Shown: positions 9,013-19,194 of the stretch, one piece after another
Layout: every line of letters begins with the position of its first letter
Numbering within the stretch: the first letter of the stretch is position 1
Assembly (NCBI GenBank): GCA_043803945.1
Contig: JAZDJN010000113.1
Span: 1 to 26,866, forward strand
Reading direction: 5' to 3'
Source of the DNA: a bacterium
GTDB lineage: Bacteria > Bacteroidota > Ignavibacteria > UBA10030
DNA: 26,866 nt
Position numbers and translations under genes: made by a program
The notes under the pieces: model-generated
Told to the model about the DNA's origin: nothing
Databases searched by the model: none
Seen by the model: the letters and a program-made list of their open reading frames with translations, nothing else

Positions 9013-11189
9013 GCGGATTCCTCCTGAAGGAGCGAGCGAAATATCGCAGTTCGGGTTGCGACATTAAAAGCCCAATCGAAACTCCTGGCCGTTTCATAAC
9101 CATTTTCCGCGAGAGTGTTCCTGCGTTTGTGATCCTGCAGCAACTCGACAACTGCCGATGCAAATTTTGCTGGAGAGTCAGCAATTGCAATATTCTCTCC
9201 ATTACGCGCACCAATTCCTGCGGCCCCAAGCGTCGTCGTCACAACTGCCTTCTTCGTCGCCCACGCCTCAAGGATCTTTAGCCGCATACCGGCTCCATAC
9301 CGCAGCGGCGCAACAAAGAGTGATGCCGAAGCAAGATGAGGCCGGATATCATCTACTCTCCCATGAACAACAATAGTGTTTCCATTATGCAAATTTGTGA
9401 TGGGGTGTGTCGGATCGGCACCGACGATGTGGAGCGTAACTTCTGGAATCGTTTGTACTATCCGGGGAAGGATCTCTTGTGAAAAAAAGAGCATCGCATC
9501 TTCATTTGGGAAATGCCGAAAGTTGCCGACGAAAACGAGCGAATGCTCTCTCACTGGGGAAGGCATTTCCTTTTCGTAATACTGAATATCAACACCTGCC
9601 GGGATGACCTGTACGGGAAGGGATGCATCATAGTCCGTTAACGCTGTTCGATCATCATCGGTCACAACAATAATTCGGTCATAGAGTGCGGCGATGGATA
9701 TCTCATAATTCAGAACTTTCATCCACTTCCAGAACAATTCCATGCTGGAGACGAACGAGCGTTGATGATCCCGTTTCGTTCGCAGTGCCGAGTGTTGAAC
9801 TTCATGATGCATCAACACCAGTGGGATATTGTATTGTTTGATCTCTCTCGCCCAATGAGCCATCTCCAAATATTCAAATTGAATGAGATCAAACCTGCCT
9901 GAACGCGCAGCGGCGTGTATTCGTTCACGCATCTCCTGATCATAAAACTCTTTCATCACATGATGTGGCCGGATATGAAACCAATCGTGAAATACCTCTC
10001 CTCGTTTTCGCGGAACTAAAATGACCTCAGAGCAACATTGTCCAATCGCACTCGCTGATCGGCGTTCCTCCTCATCTCCATAATAACTAAGGAGAGAAAC
10101 GGTAAATGATTCTGACTGCCCCTTGATCACATTATACATTGCGACACCACCACCATGGCGCCCCACTGATGGTACATAAGGGCTGACGTACAGCACATGA
10201 TGTTTCTTTCTGGTCGACGTGGGAAGAGTTCGCCATCGATGGGAACAGAGGAGATATGAATCAGAGAGGACTTCAGCTGCAGTATTTTTTGCAGAACGTT
10301 CATTCACTTCAATTATTCGCTTCACCGCCTGGAAGATTGCCCGTCGAACAATGAAGCCGCGTTTCTCAAACAACGATTTTAGGAATCGCAGCGGCAGCAG
10401 GAAGAAATGTTCAAGCAGGAGACGCGCATTTGAGAGATTCGTCCAAATGAAAATGAGTTCGTTGCGTTTGATGAGGATCTCAAATTCATCGTCCGTAAAG
10501 CGTTTCTTATTGGTGGCCCTATGCTTATGATGAACAATGCTCGCTGTGGCAAGGATCGATTTCCAACCGCGCTTCCAGGCACGATAGCTCAAATCCGTAT
10601 CTTCAACATACCCGGGATTAAATATTGTCCTGAAGCCCCCCAACGCAAGGTATTTTTCACGATGATAGGCAGAAGAACCACCTCCCGCGTAAAAAACGGG
10701 AGAATCATCATCCATCTCCGACTCTGGAGTGATTGGCTGGTGAAGCACACGAATGATCCCATGATCCCAATAGGCAAAGGTCTTGCCTGTTTCTTCCCTG
10801 ACTCTATTTTGATCTTGTAAAAAAATCTGAGAAGTCACCGCGAACAGATCATCCTGTGATTCAAACGGAGCGAGTAAGGGATCCAGAAATGAGGGCTCGA
10901 CGACCATGTCGTTATTGAGAAGTACGACAACATCACCGCGGGCTGCTTCCACGCCGCGGTTATTACCACCGGAGAATTGATAATTTTGATCGAGAGCGAG
11001 GAGATTGATTGTAGGGAATTCATGCTTGACATAGTCGATACTGCCATCGCTGCTTCCATTGTCGACTACCCAAATATCTGTCTCAAATCGTGACTGGCGG
11101 ACAGCGGCAAGGACTGAGGGGAGGGATTCCTCCAGAAGCTGTTTCCCGTTACAGTTCAGTACAATGATGCTGCATCGAATCAATGTCAT
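9009..11189 (-). CDS. Bifunctional glycosyltransferase, GT2 (N-terminal) fused to GT4 (C-terminal)
   Basis: N-terminal VVDNGSSDGS, LLNNDM and GYVEDTDLSYRAWKRG; C-terminal FVGNFRHFPNEDA and APLRYGAGMRLKILEAW. Confidence 0.92.
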   Translation of the reverse strand: MTLIRCSIIVLNCNGKQLLEESLPSVLAAVRQSRFETDIWVVDNGSSDGSIDYVKHEFPTINLLALDQNYQFSGGNNRGVEAARGDVVVLLNNDMVVEPSFLDPLLAPFESQDDLFAVTSQIFLQDQNRVREETGKTFAYWDHGIIRVLHQPITPESEMDDDSPVFYAGGGSSAYHREKYLALGGFRTIFNPGYVEDTDLSYRAWKRGWKSILATASIVHHKHRATNKKRFTDDEFEILIKRNELIFIWTNLSNARLLLEHFFLLPLRFLKSLFEKRGFIVRRAIFQAVKRIIEVNERSAKNTAAEVLSDSYLLCSHRWRTLPTSTRKKHHVLYVSPYVPSVGRHGGGVAMYNVIKGQSESFTVSLLSYYGDEEERRSASAIGQCCSEVILVPRKRGEVFHDWFHIRPHHVMKEFYDQEMRERIHAAARSGRFDLIQFEYLEMAHWAREIKQYNIPLVLMHHEVQHSALRTKRDHQRSFVSSMELFWKWMKVLNYEISIAALYDRIIVVTDDDRTALTDYDASLPVQVIPAGVDIQYYEKEMPSPVREHSLVFVGNFRHFPNEDAMLFFSQEILPRIVQTIPEVTLHIVGADPTHPITNLHNGNTIVVHGRVDDIRPHLASASLFVAPLRYGAGMRLKILEAWATKKAVVTTTLGAAGIGARNGENIAIADSPAKFASAVVELLQDHKRRNTLAENGYETARSFDWAFNVATRTAIFRSLLQEESA

Positions 11190-11357
11190 TCTCTCGTGGA
11201 ATTAAAGAATCAATTGATATTGCCGTTCGAACCAATGAACAATGCGTCATGCTAAAGATTTTTCTTCACGGAAGGAAGTGATACTTGTGAAAAAAATATC
11301 ACGAATCTTCTGCTCATCATAGAAGCCGTGATCCACTGTTCTGGAAAGTCTGGAATG

Positions 11358-12221
11358 TTATTGATATTCACTCCGGAGGAATTTCTTGAGTGCTACTTTC
11401 CAGTGAGGCATCTCCTTCAGGTGAGATGCTTTCCAGCGCTTGGTATCAAGAACCGAGTAGGCAGGTCTTTTGATAGTGGAAGAGAACGTTTTCGCCGAAA
11501 CAGGGATGACGGTGATGGAAAGCTTGAGCGTCTTGAAAATTGTGGAGGCGAATTCAAACCAACTGCACTCGCCTTTGGTGGAGAGATGAAATAATCCCAA
11601 CTCTTCCTGTCCAAGGAGCGCAGGGAGCCGTTTGGCAATCTCAGCGGTTGGTGTTGGACTCACGATTTCATCAAACACCACGGAGATTTCTTGTTGCTGC
11701 TTCGCCTTCTGAAGCATCGTCGTGATAAAATTCCCTCCCTTCGCCCGGCAAGGTACTTTCCCGTAAATACCGGATACTCGGAGGACGATACTTCTCTCAG
11801 AGTAATTGAGTGTAAGGAATTCACCGAGAAGCTTTGTTGAACCATACACATTCAAGGGATTTGGCAGATCCTGTTCCACATAAGGCAATCCCTTTGTTCC
11901 ATCGAACACATAATCGGTGCTGAAGTAAACATTCAGCGCGCCGAGATCTTGTGCCAGTCGTGCAACGTTCAGAGCGCCCTGGCTATTCACAGCATACGCG
12001 CGATCAGGGGCATCTTCACATTTCTGTGCGACATGGAATGCGGCGGTATTCAGAATGACCCCAGGAGCCAGAGATCGCAGGACATTCGACACTGAATCAA
12101 TGTTCTCAATTTGAATGTCGTCATGAGTCAGCCCGATGACTTCAACGTCTTGCTTTTTGAATGCCTCAACAAGATCACTCCCTAACTGACCGTTGGAACC
12201 AATAATGGCAACTTTTTTCAT
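11358..12221 (-). CDS. rmlD: dTDP-4-dehydrorhamnose reductase
   Basis: GSNGQLG, STDYVFDG, PLNVYGSTK (YxxxK), SPTPT, SWFEFA and RPAYSVLD motifs. Confidence 0.92.
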   Translation of the reverse strand: MKKVAIIGSNGQLGSDLVEAFKKQDVEVIGLTHDDIQIENIDSVSNVLRSLAPGVILNTAAFHVAQKCEDAPDRAYAVNSQGALNVARLAQDLGALNVYFSTDYVFDGTKGLPYVEQDLPNPLNVYGSTKLLGEFLTLNYSERSIVLRVSGIYGKVPCRAKGGNFITTMLQKAKQQQEISVVFDEIVSPTPTAEIAKRLPALLGQEELGLFHLSTKGECSWFEFASTIFKTLKLSITVIPVSAKTFSSTIKRPAYSVLDTKRWKASHLKEMPHWKVALKKFLRSEYQ

Positions 12222-12261
12222 CTGTCAATAGAACATCGCTATTGTAAAGACGTATGTTATT

Positions 12262-13215
12262 TTATTTGATAGACTTAAAAACTTCAATGTTATAATAGTT
12301 GGGATTCGCAAAGTCGGAAAACTTTTCTCTGTTCTGAATTAGATCCTGGACTATTCTCGGAATATCATAAACAGGGTTAAAGCCAAGGACACGTTTGGCG
12401 AGATCAATCGAAACGCGGTAATTCCTATAGTCCTGGATATGAGAGACTGTTAATCCGACATCAATCGATAATTCCCTCTTGATTGTGCTGATCACTTGTT
12501 GCGCGACTCCCCCAACCGTATAGTTCCCCGAAGCGACGTTAAAGATGCCCGTGATCAATTCGTCAATCTCAATAGCGGAGATAAACGCCGAGGAAGCATC
12601 TTCGAGCGCGAGAACGGGTCTCCAGATATCGGGATTGCGAACGAAGATTTCCTTTTGTTGAATCGCCGATTTAAACATTGTGTTCACGATTAAATCCAAT
12701 CTCATGCGGGGACTGTACCCTGACACTGTTCCTTGACGGAGGCTAATCACCGAAAAGGTATTGTCAGCCATTTGCATCACTCCCTGTTCTCCGTGGAGCT
12801 TTGAAATGCCGTAGGGATACATCGATAACGCAGGAGTGTTTTCATCGCAGATCTTTTCGGCTGTATTACCATAGATAGAACAGGAACTGGCATAGACAAA
12901 TCTTCTCACGCCTGCCAACTTTGCCAGATAGGCGAGATACATAGGGGCAGAAGCATTATGGATAAAATTTTTCGCCGGAGAATATTCGGCCATCGGATCA
13001 TTCGACAATCCTGCCAGAAAAACCACACGATCGTATCGAGGCAAGTCATCCTGATGAAGAGCAAAGACATCTTTTTGAAGAACGTTGATTTCACCTGGCA
13101 GCGAATTGCCAAACCAGAGTAAATCGATCACGTCAATGGAATGCCCGCGTTGAAGTAATTTTGGGATGAGAAAGGAGCCTATATAACCAGCTCCACCTGC
13201 AATTAAGATGCGCAT
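12262..13215 (-). CDS. NAD-dependent epimerase/dehydratase (extended SDR)
   Basis: MRILIAGGAGYIGS Rossmann motif, ASSCSIYG and YGISK. Start moved to the Met at 13215 to avoid overlap with rmlC. Confidence 0.9.
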   Translation of the reverse strand: MRILIAGGAGYIGSFLIPKLLQRGHSIDVIDLLWFGNSLPGEINVLQKDVFALHQDDLPRYDRVVFLAGLSNDPMAEYSPAKNFIHNASAPMYLAYLAKLAGVRRFVYASSCSIYGNTAEKICDENTPALSMYPYGISKLHGEQGVMQMADNTFSVISLRQGTVSGYSPRMRLDLIVNTMFKSAIQQKEIFVRNPDIWRPVLALEDASSAFISAIEIDELITGIFNVASGNYTVGGVAQQVISTIKRELSIDVGLTVSHIQDYRNYRVSIDLAKRVLGFNPVYDIPRIVQDLIQNREKFSDFANPNYYNIEVFKSIK

Positions 13216-13223
13216 GAGCGAGA

Positions 13224-13832
13224 TCAGAAATAAGTGAAAAAATTTGATTCTGGTTTCTTCAGCCACTCTTCTAACGCGGCGGCGTTCTTATCTTTATCGG
13301 ACAGGATCGGATCTTTGACCGGCCATTCGATCCCAATGCGGGGATCGTTCCAGAGAATCCCGGACTCTGCGTTTCTGTTATACAAGCCGGTGCATTTGTA
13401 CTGAATTTCAGCCGCATCGGAAAGGACGCAAAATCCTCTGGCAAATCCTGCCGGTGCCCAGACTTGCTTCCGATTTTCTGCAGATGCCTCCACGCCGCAC
13501 CATTGACCTAAGGTCGGAGAACCTTTGCGGATGTCGACTGTGACAAGGTACGCCGATCCCACCGTGACTCTCATCAATTTCCCCATCGGAGGATTCCACT
13601 GAAAGTGTAATCCACGCACAACCCCTTTTGTGGAACGCGAATGGTTGTCCTGGACGAATGGGAGAGAGATGCCGAACGCCTTGAACTGATCATCCCGATA
13701 TGCTTCATAAAAAAAACCGCGATCGTCCTTAAAAAATTCAGGGACAAGAACGAGAACGTCATTCATGATTCGAGCTTCGAGTTCTATCTTCAAGCTGCTT
13801 TCCCTTTCAGATTGTTTATGATCTTCTCTCAC
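13224..13832 (-). CDS. rmlC: dTDP-4-dehydrorhamnose 3,5-epimerase
   Basis: DDRGFFYE, FVQDNHSRS, VRGLHFQ, VDIRKGSPT and WNDPRIGIEWP motifs. The true start may be TTG at 13793 or a later ATG. Confidence 0.93.
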   Translation of the reverse strand: MREDHKQSERESSLKIELEARIMNDVLVLVPEFFKDDRGFFYEAYRDDQFKAFGISLPFVQDNHSRSTKGVVRGLHFQWNPPMGKLMRVTVGSAYLVTVDIRKGSPTLGQWCGVEASAENRKQVWAPAGFARGFCVLSDAAEIQYKCTGLYNRNAESGILWNDPRIGIEWPVKDPILSDKDKNAAALEEWLKKPESNFFTYF

Positions 13833-13925
13833 ATCCTATTGTGAGGATGAGCGTCGGTCGCCGCCGATATCTGTTCTCCCCGTTAACACATTTTTTACCT
13901 ATAGCGTACAACCGTGAAGTGCAAA

Positions 13926-14744
13926 TCATCTCTTCACGATGTTGGAAATATCCAGGAATGGACTCTTCAACGCTATGATCACATTCTGATGTGTAATTCC
14001 ATGTTCGAGCCACTCCCCTTCCACGTAAGCAACACTAAATCCGATCGACTGCAAGAACGCCAAGAGATCACGACCGTATACACGATAGACAAGCGTATGG
14101 CCCGCATGGTAAATCGGCTCCTCAAGGAAGATATCTCTCTCACCTTCCGGCTGAACACGAATATGTGTCTTCTCCCAACCATGGACGTACGGCACCGTCA
14201 TCACCAGTGCACCGCTAGGTTTTAAGATCCGATAGATTTCCAAGAAGCCCTGTTCATACAGCCGAACATGTTCGAAGACATCCGAACTGAGACAGATATC
14301 AAACAATGCACTCTCATACGGCAATTTCTGAACATCAGCATACCGGCGAATATCATAGCCGGAGCTCATTGCCACAGGATCATATTCTGTGTTGTAATAA
14401 TCATACTTTTGACGGAGGATGCTTGGATGCGCCCGCTGACCCGTTGTCTCAAACACCTTCATCTCGGTTCTTCTCTTCCAATCAACCAACGGTGCTTTTT
14501 CTCCAAGAACAAGCGCAAGGGCATACATCATCATTCGGTCTCGGCCTGATGAGCTGCACAGCCGGCAGGCAAAATTCTCACGGAGATTCAGGGCATCGAC
14601 ATATTGTTCGTAGCTGTTGATTTCGCTCGCAAGGGGAGTCGGAAATTGAAATTTCCCCTGCTTGCCGCAGATGAAACAGCTCGCGCGTTCAAGCTGAAGC
14701 TCGTTAAGAAGACGATTTCTAAATTCGCCGATCACGCCGGTCAT
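13926..14744 (-). CDS. Class I SAM-dependent methyltransferase-like protein with N-terminal CxxC...CxxC
   Basis: CFIC and CRLC; ADVQKLPY, FDICLSSDVFEHV and EIYRILKPSGALVMTVP motifs. Confidence 0.85.
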   Translation of the reverse strand: MTGVIGEFRNRLLNELQLERASCFICGKQGKFQFPTPLASEINSYEQYVDALNLRENFACRLCSSSGRDRMMMYALALVLGEKAPLVDWKRRTEMKVFETTGQRAHPSILRQKYDYYNTEYDPVAMSSGYDIRRYADVQKLPYESALFDICLSSDVFEHVRLYEQGFLEIYRILKPSGALVMTVPYVHGWEKTHIRVQPEGERDIFLEEPIYHAGHTLVYRVYGRDLLAFLQSIGFSVAYVEGEWLEHGITHQNVIIALKSPFLDISNIVKR

Positions 14745-14990
14745 ACGCGATGGTATCCTTTTTTTATTCCCATCATCACAAGTTCCTGCCCTTTCTTGAA
14801 TTTCCGGCTTAGTTCAATGACCACACGCACTTCCTATTCCTTATGAGAGATCAGGGTGGCGGCGAATGGCACGTTCATCATCTCGCAGACCGGATTCACC
14901 ACCATGGGTAACGATCTCCACAATTTCATCTCCTGCTCGTTCAAAAAAGGAGATCGTATGTGCAGGTGCGCCCATGAGCAAATAATGATT
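14741..14990 (-). pseudogene. Probable 3' remnant of a lost gene with one in-frame TAG
   Basis: Frame reads ...LWRSLPMVVNPVCEMMNVPFAATLISHKE*EVRVVIELSRKFKKGQELVMMGIKKGYHRV*. The final TGA (14741-14743) overlaps the next ATG as ATGA. Confidence 0.45.
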
Positions 14991-15608
14991 TCATACCTTT
15001 CGGAAAAGAGCAGTTCCCCATGCGTCCGGGATAAGTATCGGCTTCTCAGGTTTGTCAGAGAGAAACTCATTGAGTGCTCTGGAACATCCCCACTCGGATT
15101 CAGGATTACTGTAATCATGGATAAAAATAAAACCACCTGGATTGACGCGAGAATAGAAGACCTTCAAGGCAGCCATAGTGGGTTTGTACTTGTCAAAGTC
15201 AATCAGGACAAATGCAAATCTCTCTTTTTCTAGTCCCGCTGCCGTTTCGGGAAAGTACCCCTTCTGTATGATAATGTTCTCTACATTTCCAATGTAATCC
15301 AGAACTACTTGCTCTGAAGTATCTTTAAAGCGCTCGATGTCAGGAATCTCTGAATCACGTCCATCAAATCCCTCGAAGGTATCGAAGAGGAAGAGTTTTC
15401 GTTCAGGCAGCAGATCGTGGATGAACTTACTTGTTGCTCCCTTGTAGACTCCACACTCAGCTAACGAGCCAGCGATCCCCTCTCTCGAGATTTGTTCAAA
15501 AGAGAGCAGGAGCGTACCATATCGTACAGGATCCTCCGTTCCGATAAGCATTTGCCTCTGTAGCGGTGTGAAATACCGAGCCATAAGCCACTCCGACCCG
15601 GTGCTCAT
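14991..15608 (-). CDS. TylF/MycF/NovP-family sugar O-methyltransferase
   Basis: GSLAECGVYKG, LFDTFEGF, KGYFPET, VLIDFDKY and GGFIFIHDY motifs. Confidence 0.9.
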   Translation of the reverse strand: MSTGSEWLMARYFTPLQRQMLIGTEDPVRYGTLLLSFEQISREGIAGSLAECGVYKGATSKFIHDLLPERKLFLFDTFEGFDGRDSEIPDIERFKDTSEQVVLDYIGNVENIIIQKGYFPETAAGLEKERFAFVLIDFDKYKPTMAALKVFYSRVNPGGFIFIHDYSNPESEWGCSRALNEFLSDKPEKPILIPDAWGTALFRKV

Positions 15609-15749
15609 CTCGTAATCCTTCTTTGCTTAAGGTAGTTAGTATCAGGTCTCATAAGTCTTTTACACCATCGATCACTCGAAGTGTCAGAGTACAAGCTATC
15701 AAGCTCTTACGTGGATTATTCAAACTTCTTCAACCAACTCCAATGCCAA

Positions 15750-18272
15750 TTAGTGAGAGAACTCCACTTTTCCTCGTACAATCATCGGCTCAGAGAGTGC
15801 AAACCAATCTCCTGTAGCGTCACCATTGACTCCTGGTCCAGACTCAAATCGAATGGTGATTCGTTCCCCGGCATATGCTGATATATCCAGAGCATAGTCC
15901 CGCCACACCCTATCTTGCTTATGGTCCTTGGGAGCCAACGTCTGTGAAAATAGTACTTGTTGGAGTTGCTTATGCTTGACGACTGCAAGCACAGTCCCAC
16001 CATCACCATGGCAAGGAAAGAGTTTTGCTATTCCAAATTGTAGAAAGGCAGAATCTGAAAGAGCAATATCCCACTCCACACTCGCCTTTCCAGCCAGGAT
16101 AAGAGAATTTCTAACGTCACCAAGAAAATTTGCTAGAAAATTTTGTAAAACAAAACCATCATTACTCTGGTTTGCTCGTATTTGATCTGGATGATTCATC
16201 ATCACTGATCTAACATTTCTTTTTCCATCAATGTTAGGCTGTTCCCGAAGTTGAAAGAGGTAAAAGTCATTTGCGGCATAGAGAAATTGAAAATTTCGAT
16301 AGACCCAATCCGATTCGAGATCTGAAAAACATTTGCCTCGAAAATCGGCACGACGGAATAGAAGATGGGAGACGTTTTCCCTTCGAAGAATCTGCAGCCA
16401 GTCTTCCGGTGTATGAGCACTCATCTGATCCTTTATCGAGTGTGATCGCTGATCCCAAATGAGTGAGCGATCTGTGTACAGATAGGGAGCTTCCACACCG
16501 AGAAAAAATACTTTCACCGATTCCGGCAGCGTCTTGTTGATGAATTGCACTGCATTATACGTTGGCAATTTCCGGGAGAGATAGAAATCATCATTTCGTG
16601 TCAATGAGATTGTGAAAGGCTTGATCTCCTCCGTAAACATATATCTCTCAAGGAAGCGTCGTTGGACAAGGGGCGTATAGCGTTGGGGATCATGTTGGAG
16701 ATGATAAAAAAAAGGTTGACTTAACAATAAAATCACACAGAAAATGGAAAGTAAAAGAAATTGGAAGGTGCGATTTATTCTAGAGGTACAATTTCTGATT
16801 TCATCAAGAACCAGCGGAACTGCGGCCAGTAAAAATGGAGGAACCAGAAAGATCAGATATCGGACCTCCTGAACAAGAAGTAACCAGACCAAGAGACTGA
16901 TGGCTGTAAAAAAGAGGAGAAATTTGTTCAGAGAGGTTCGAATCCAAACAACAATTACCGCAAGGATAAGGATCATGGGGAAGGGGCCAAGAGTACCATC
17001 AAGTCTCGCTCCATCGCCAAAGCACATTTGATAGGGGATTTTATACATCTCGGCGAAATTCCAAATCCCAAAACTGTTTTTTGTCGCTTCTGAAAGTCTG
17101 GCTCCATATTCATTGTAAATGCCGGTGAGATGGTTTGAAAACGCCGGCCAGATCGGATTGCCCGTCTGCATAAAGCTTTTGACATACCACGGAGAGACAA
17201 CGAGAATCGCTATTCCAAAGAAGAGGAGCATTTTGGAAATCTGAATTTTTCCGCTCTGATCGCGATAGAATAAGAATGCCAGGAAGAAAAATGGGAGCAC
17301 AAACAACGCTGAGTGTTTTGTCCCCAATGCTGCACCAAGTGCAAGCGCTGACAGAACCAGATGATACTGTTGCCTCTTATGATGCCAGAGCCAGAAGAGG
17401 TAGAGCGACCAGAGAATAAAAAAAGAAATCGTTAAATCGTTCGTGGTCGAATCGCCCGCCACCCAGGAGACGATCGGCATCGTAAGAAAGATATTGATGA
17501 GCAATGTGCCGACCGGTGGAATGTCAAAACGCATGATGAAGATAAGAAGTGCAAGATAGATGAGAGGGAGAAATGCACCATGAAGCATTCGTGCTGAGAC
17601 ATGGTCTTTTATCAGAATCGCTATCGATGAGAGCATCTCCATGCTTTCCGGCCAGAAGTTAGGATTATCGGGCAGAGACTGCCAGGATTGTGTCTCTGTA
17701 TAGACTCTCGCCGGAAAGAGATGATAGTTAATTGCATCCGGCTCTGTGGTTGGGTAAAGATTGGAGATGAGATGGATCCCACCGTTGGCAAGAAGGAGGA
17801 TGACGAGTACACCAAAGAATAGATTCCCGAAATAGGTACGTTCTGAATGGAGATACCCTCGTAATTCAATAAAGAGATTTTGAATGAGCTTCAGACTTTG
17901 TCGAATACTATAAACAGAAATGATGAGAAGAAGTATGAGAAAGAACTGGTTGAGAAAGCCAATCAGAGCAATGACAAATGTCAGCAGCGTGAGAGCGATG
18001 AACCCGATTGTGAAGAACGCAAGAAATTGTTCTCCAGTTGATAGGTTTCGATTGTTGAGCCATCGATGGGCAATGAGCATTCCCAGGTTGATGGCAGTGA
18101 ACATGATGAGGATGACGATGGCGATATCCAGCAACGATTCCAGGGCAACCGTACAATACGGTATTATGAGAAGCGGTCCATTGTTAACGACAGAAAGGAG
18201 ATTCGGGAATTGTAATGGAATGCTCCCGAGGGCGAGCAGTATGGTTGATATGATGAGTATTTTTTTTATCAC
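15750..18272 (-). CDS. GT-C-like (ArnT/PMT-type) polytopic membrane glycosyltransferase with C-terminal beta-sandwich domain
   Basis: Many TM segments; DAINYHL, TNDL, GTKHS, PWYVKSFMQTGNPIWP and VRYL motifs; C-terminal domain similar to the neighbouring lipoprotein repeats; GTG start. Confidence 0.75.
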   Translation of the reverse strand: MIKKILIISTILLALGSIPLQFPNLLSVVNNGPLLIIPYCTVALESLLDIAIVILIMFTAINLGMLIAHRWLNNRNLSTGEQFLAFFTIGFIALTLLTFVIALIGFLNQFFLILLLIISVYSIRQSLKLIQNLFIELRGYLHSERTYFGNLFFGVLVILLLANGGIHLISNLYPTTEPDAINYHLFPARVYTETQSWQSLPDNPNFWPESMEMLSSIAILIKDHVSARMLHGAFLPLIYLALLIFIMRFDIPPVGTLLINIFLTMPIVSWVAGDSTTNDLTISFFILWSLYLFWLWHHKRQQYHLVLSALALGAALGTKHSALFVLPFFFLAFLFYRDQSGKIQISKMLLFFGIAILVVSPWYVKSFMQTGNPIWPAFSNHLTGIYNEYGARLSEATKNSFGIWNFAEMYKIPYQMCFGDGARLDGTLGPFPMILILAVIVVWIRTSLNKFLLFFTAISLLVWLLLVQEVRYLIFLVPPFLLAAVPLVLDEIRNCTSRINRTFQFLLLSIFCVILLLSQPFFYHLQHDPQRYTPLVQRRFLERYMFTEEIKPFTISLTRNDDFYLSRKLPTYNAVQFINKTLPESVKVFFLGVEAPYLYTDRSLIWDQRSHSIKDQMSAHTPEDWLQILRRENVSHLLFRRADFRGKCFSDLESDWVYRNFQFLYAANDFYLFQLREQPNIDGKRNVRSVMMNHPDQIRANQSNDGFVLQNFLANFLGDVRNSLILAGKASVEWDIALSDSAFLQFGIAKLFPCHGDGGTVLAVVKHKQLQQVLFSQTLAPKDHKQDRVWRDYALDISAYAGERITIRFESGPGVNGDATGDWFALSEPMIVRGKVEFSH

Positions 18273-18327
18273 GATTTCAGCAGTGTAAAGAAATACTTTA
18301 AAAATTATTTGGAAATGACTTCTTTGC

Positions 18328-18421
18328 TGTTATACCCGCGAACGCTGTTGTCCAGTGTTTTCCTATATCAATGGATGAAGGTTTTCAAAGCCACTTGATT
18401 CCCACTTTCGTGGGGATGACA
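18328..18421. repeat. Degenerate REP-like element (TGTTATACCCGCGAA...GATTCCCACTTTCGTGGGGATGACA)
   Basis: Right arm forms the hairpin ATTCCCAC-TTTC-GTGGGGAT followed by GACA; the left arm is a decayed inverted copy. Confidence 0.6.
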
Positions 18422-18436
18422 ACATCGTTCTCCTGA

Positions 18437-19156
18437 TTACTTCTGTGAGGAATCCTTCATAATCTTCCTCATCGGAAGAAAGCGATGTTTCAATAAAATC
18501 CAGATTGCACTTATTCCGTCTCTGAACCGAATTTTTTTTCCTTCTGAGACCGATCTGGGCCGATAAGAAATCGGGATCTCCTTGATCTCATATCCCATCC
18601 GCAGCGTATTCGCCGTGACTTCCGGACAAAATTCAAATCTGGTACACTGAAGATTCATCGATGTGATTAATTCACGCCGAAACATTTTATAACATGTTGG
18701 TTCATCAGTGATTGAGGAGCCATAGAGAATATTTGCCAGCCAGGAGAGGAATCTGCCACCGAGATAGAATCCGACACCTGACCAGGGAGCATGCCCAAGT
18801 ACGCGTGAACCATAGAGCACCTGCAGATCATGACTCAACAAATACTCTTTCATCGTTATTAAATCTTGTGGATCATATTCCAGGTCTCCATCCTGAATCA
18901 CGATTAGTTCTCCCGTAGCATGCTCAAGCGCTGTCCGGATTGCAGCGCCTTTCCCACGATTCTTCTCATGCAGAATTACCTTAAGGATCGGATAGTTGTT
19001 CAGAATCGATTGTGTATTATCGGTTGACCCATCATCGACGACGATGATTTCTTTATCAAGAGATAACGCAAAGAGACGTTCGAGGAGCTTGCCGATTGAA
19101 GCCTCTTCATTATAGCTAGGGACGAGGATAGATAATTTAATTGGCGGATTATTCAT
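18437..19156 (-). CDS. GT2, DPM1-like polyprenol-phosphate glycosyltransferase
   Basis: VPSYNEE, VVDDGSTDNT, NRGKGAA, IQDGDLEYDPQD, ITDEPTCYKMFR, FEFCPEVT and EGKKI motifs. Start set at the Met at 19156. Confidence 0.92.
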   Translation of the reverse strand: MNNPPIKLSILVPSYNEEASIGKLLERLFALSLDKEIIVVDDGSTDNTQSILNNYPILKVILHEKNRGKGAAIRTALEHATGELIVIQDGDLEYDPQDLITMKEYLLSHDLQVLYGSRVLGHAPWSGVGFYLGGRFLSWLANILYGSSITDEPTCYKMFRRELITSMNLQCTRFEFCPEVTANTLRMGYEIKEIPISYRPRSVSEGKKIRFRDGISAIWILLKHRFLPMRKIMKDSSQK

Positions 19157-19194
19157 CAGAAAAGAGTGCGTACACAAACGACATTCATGAGTCC

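Noticed and set aside
14834-14836. TAG read-through (pyrrolysine or recoding)
   Set aside because: No start or RBS for an intact gene and no pyl machinery is visible. TAG serves as a normal stop for wzt.
13709-18267. A8/T8 tracts in rmlC (13709-13716) and the GT-C gene (16706-16713, 18260-18267) as phase-variation sites
   Set aside because: Short A/T runs encoding Phe or Lys are expected at this composition, and the frames are intact.
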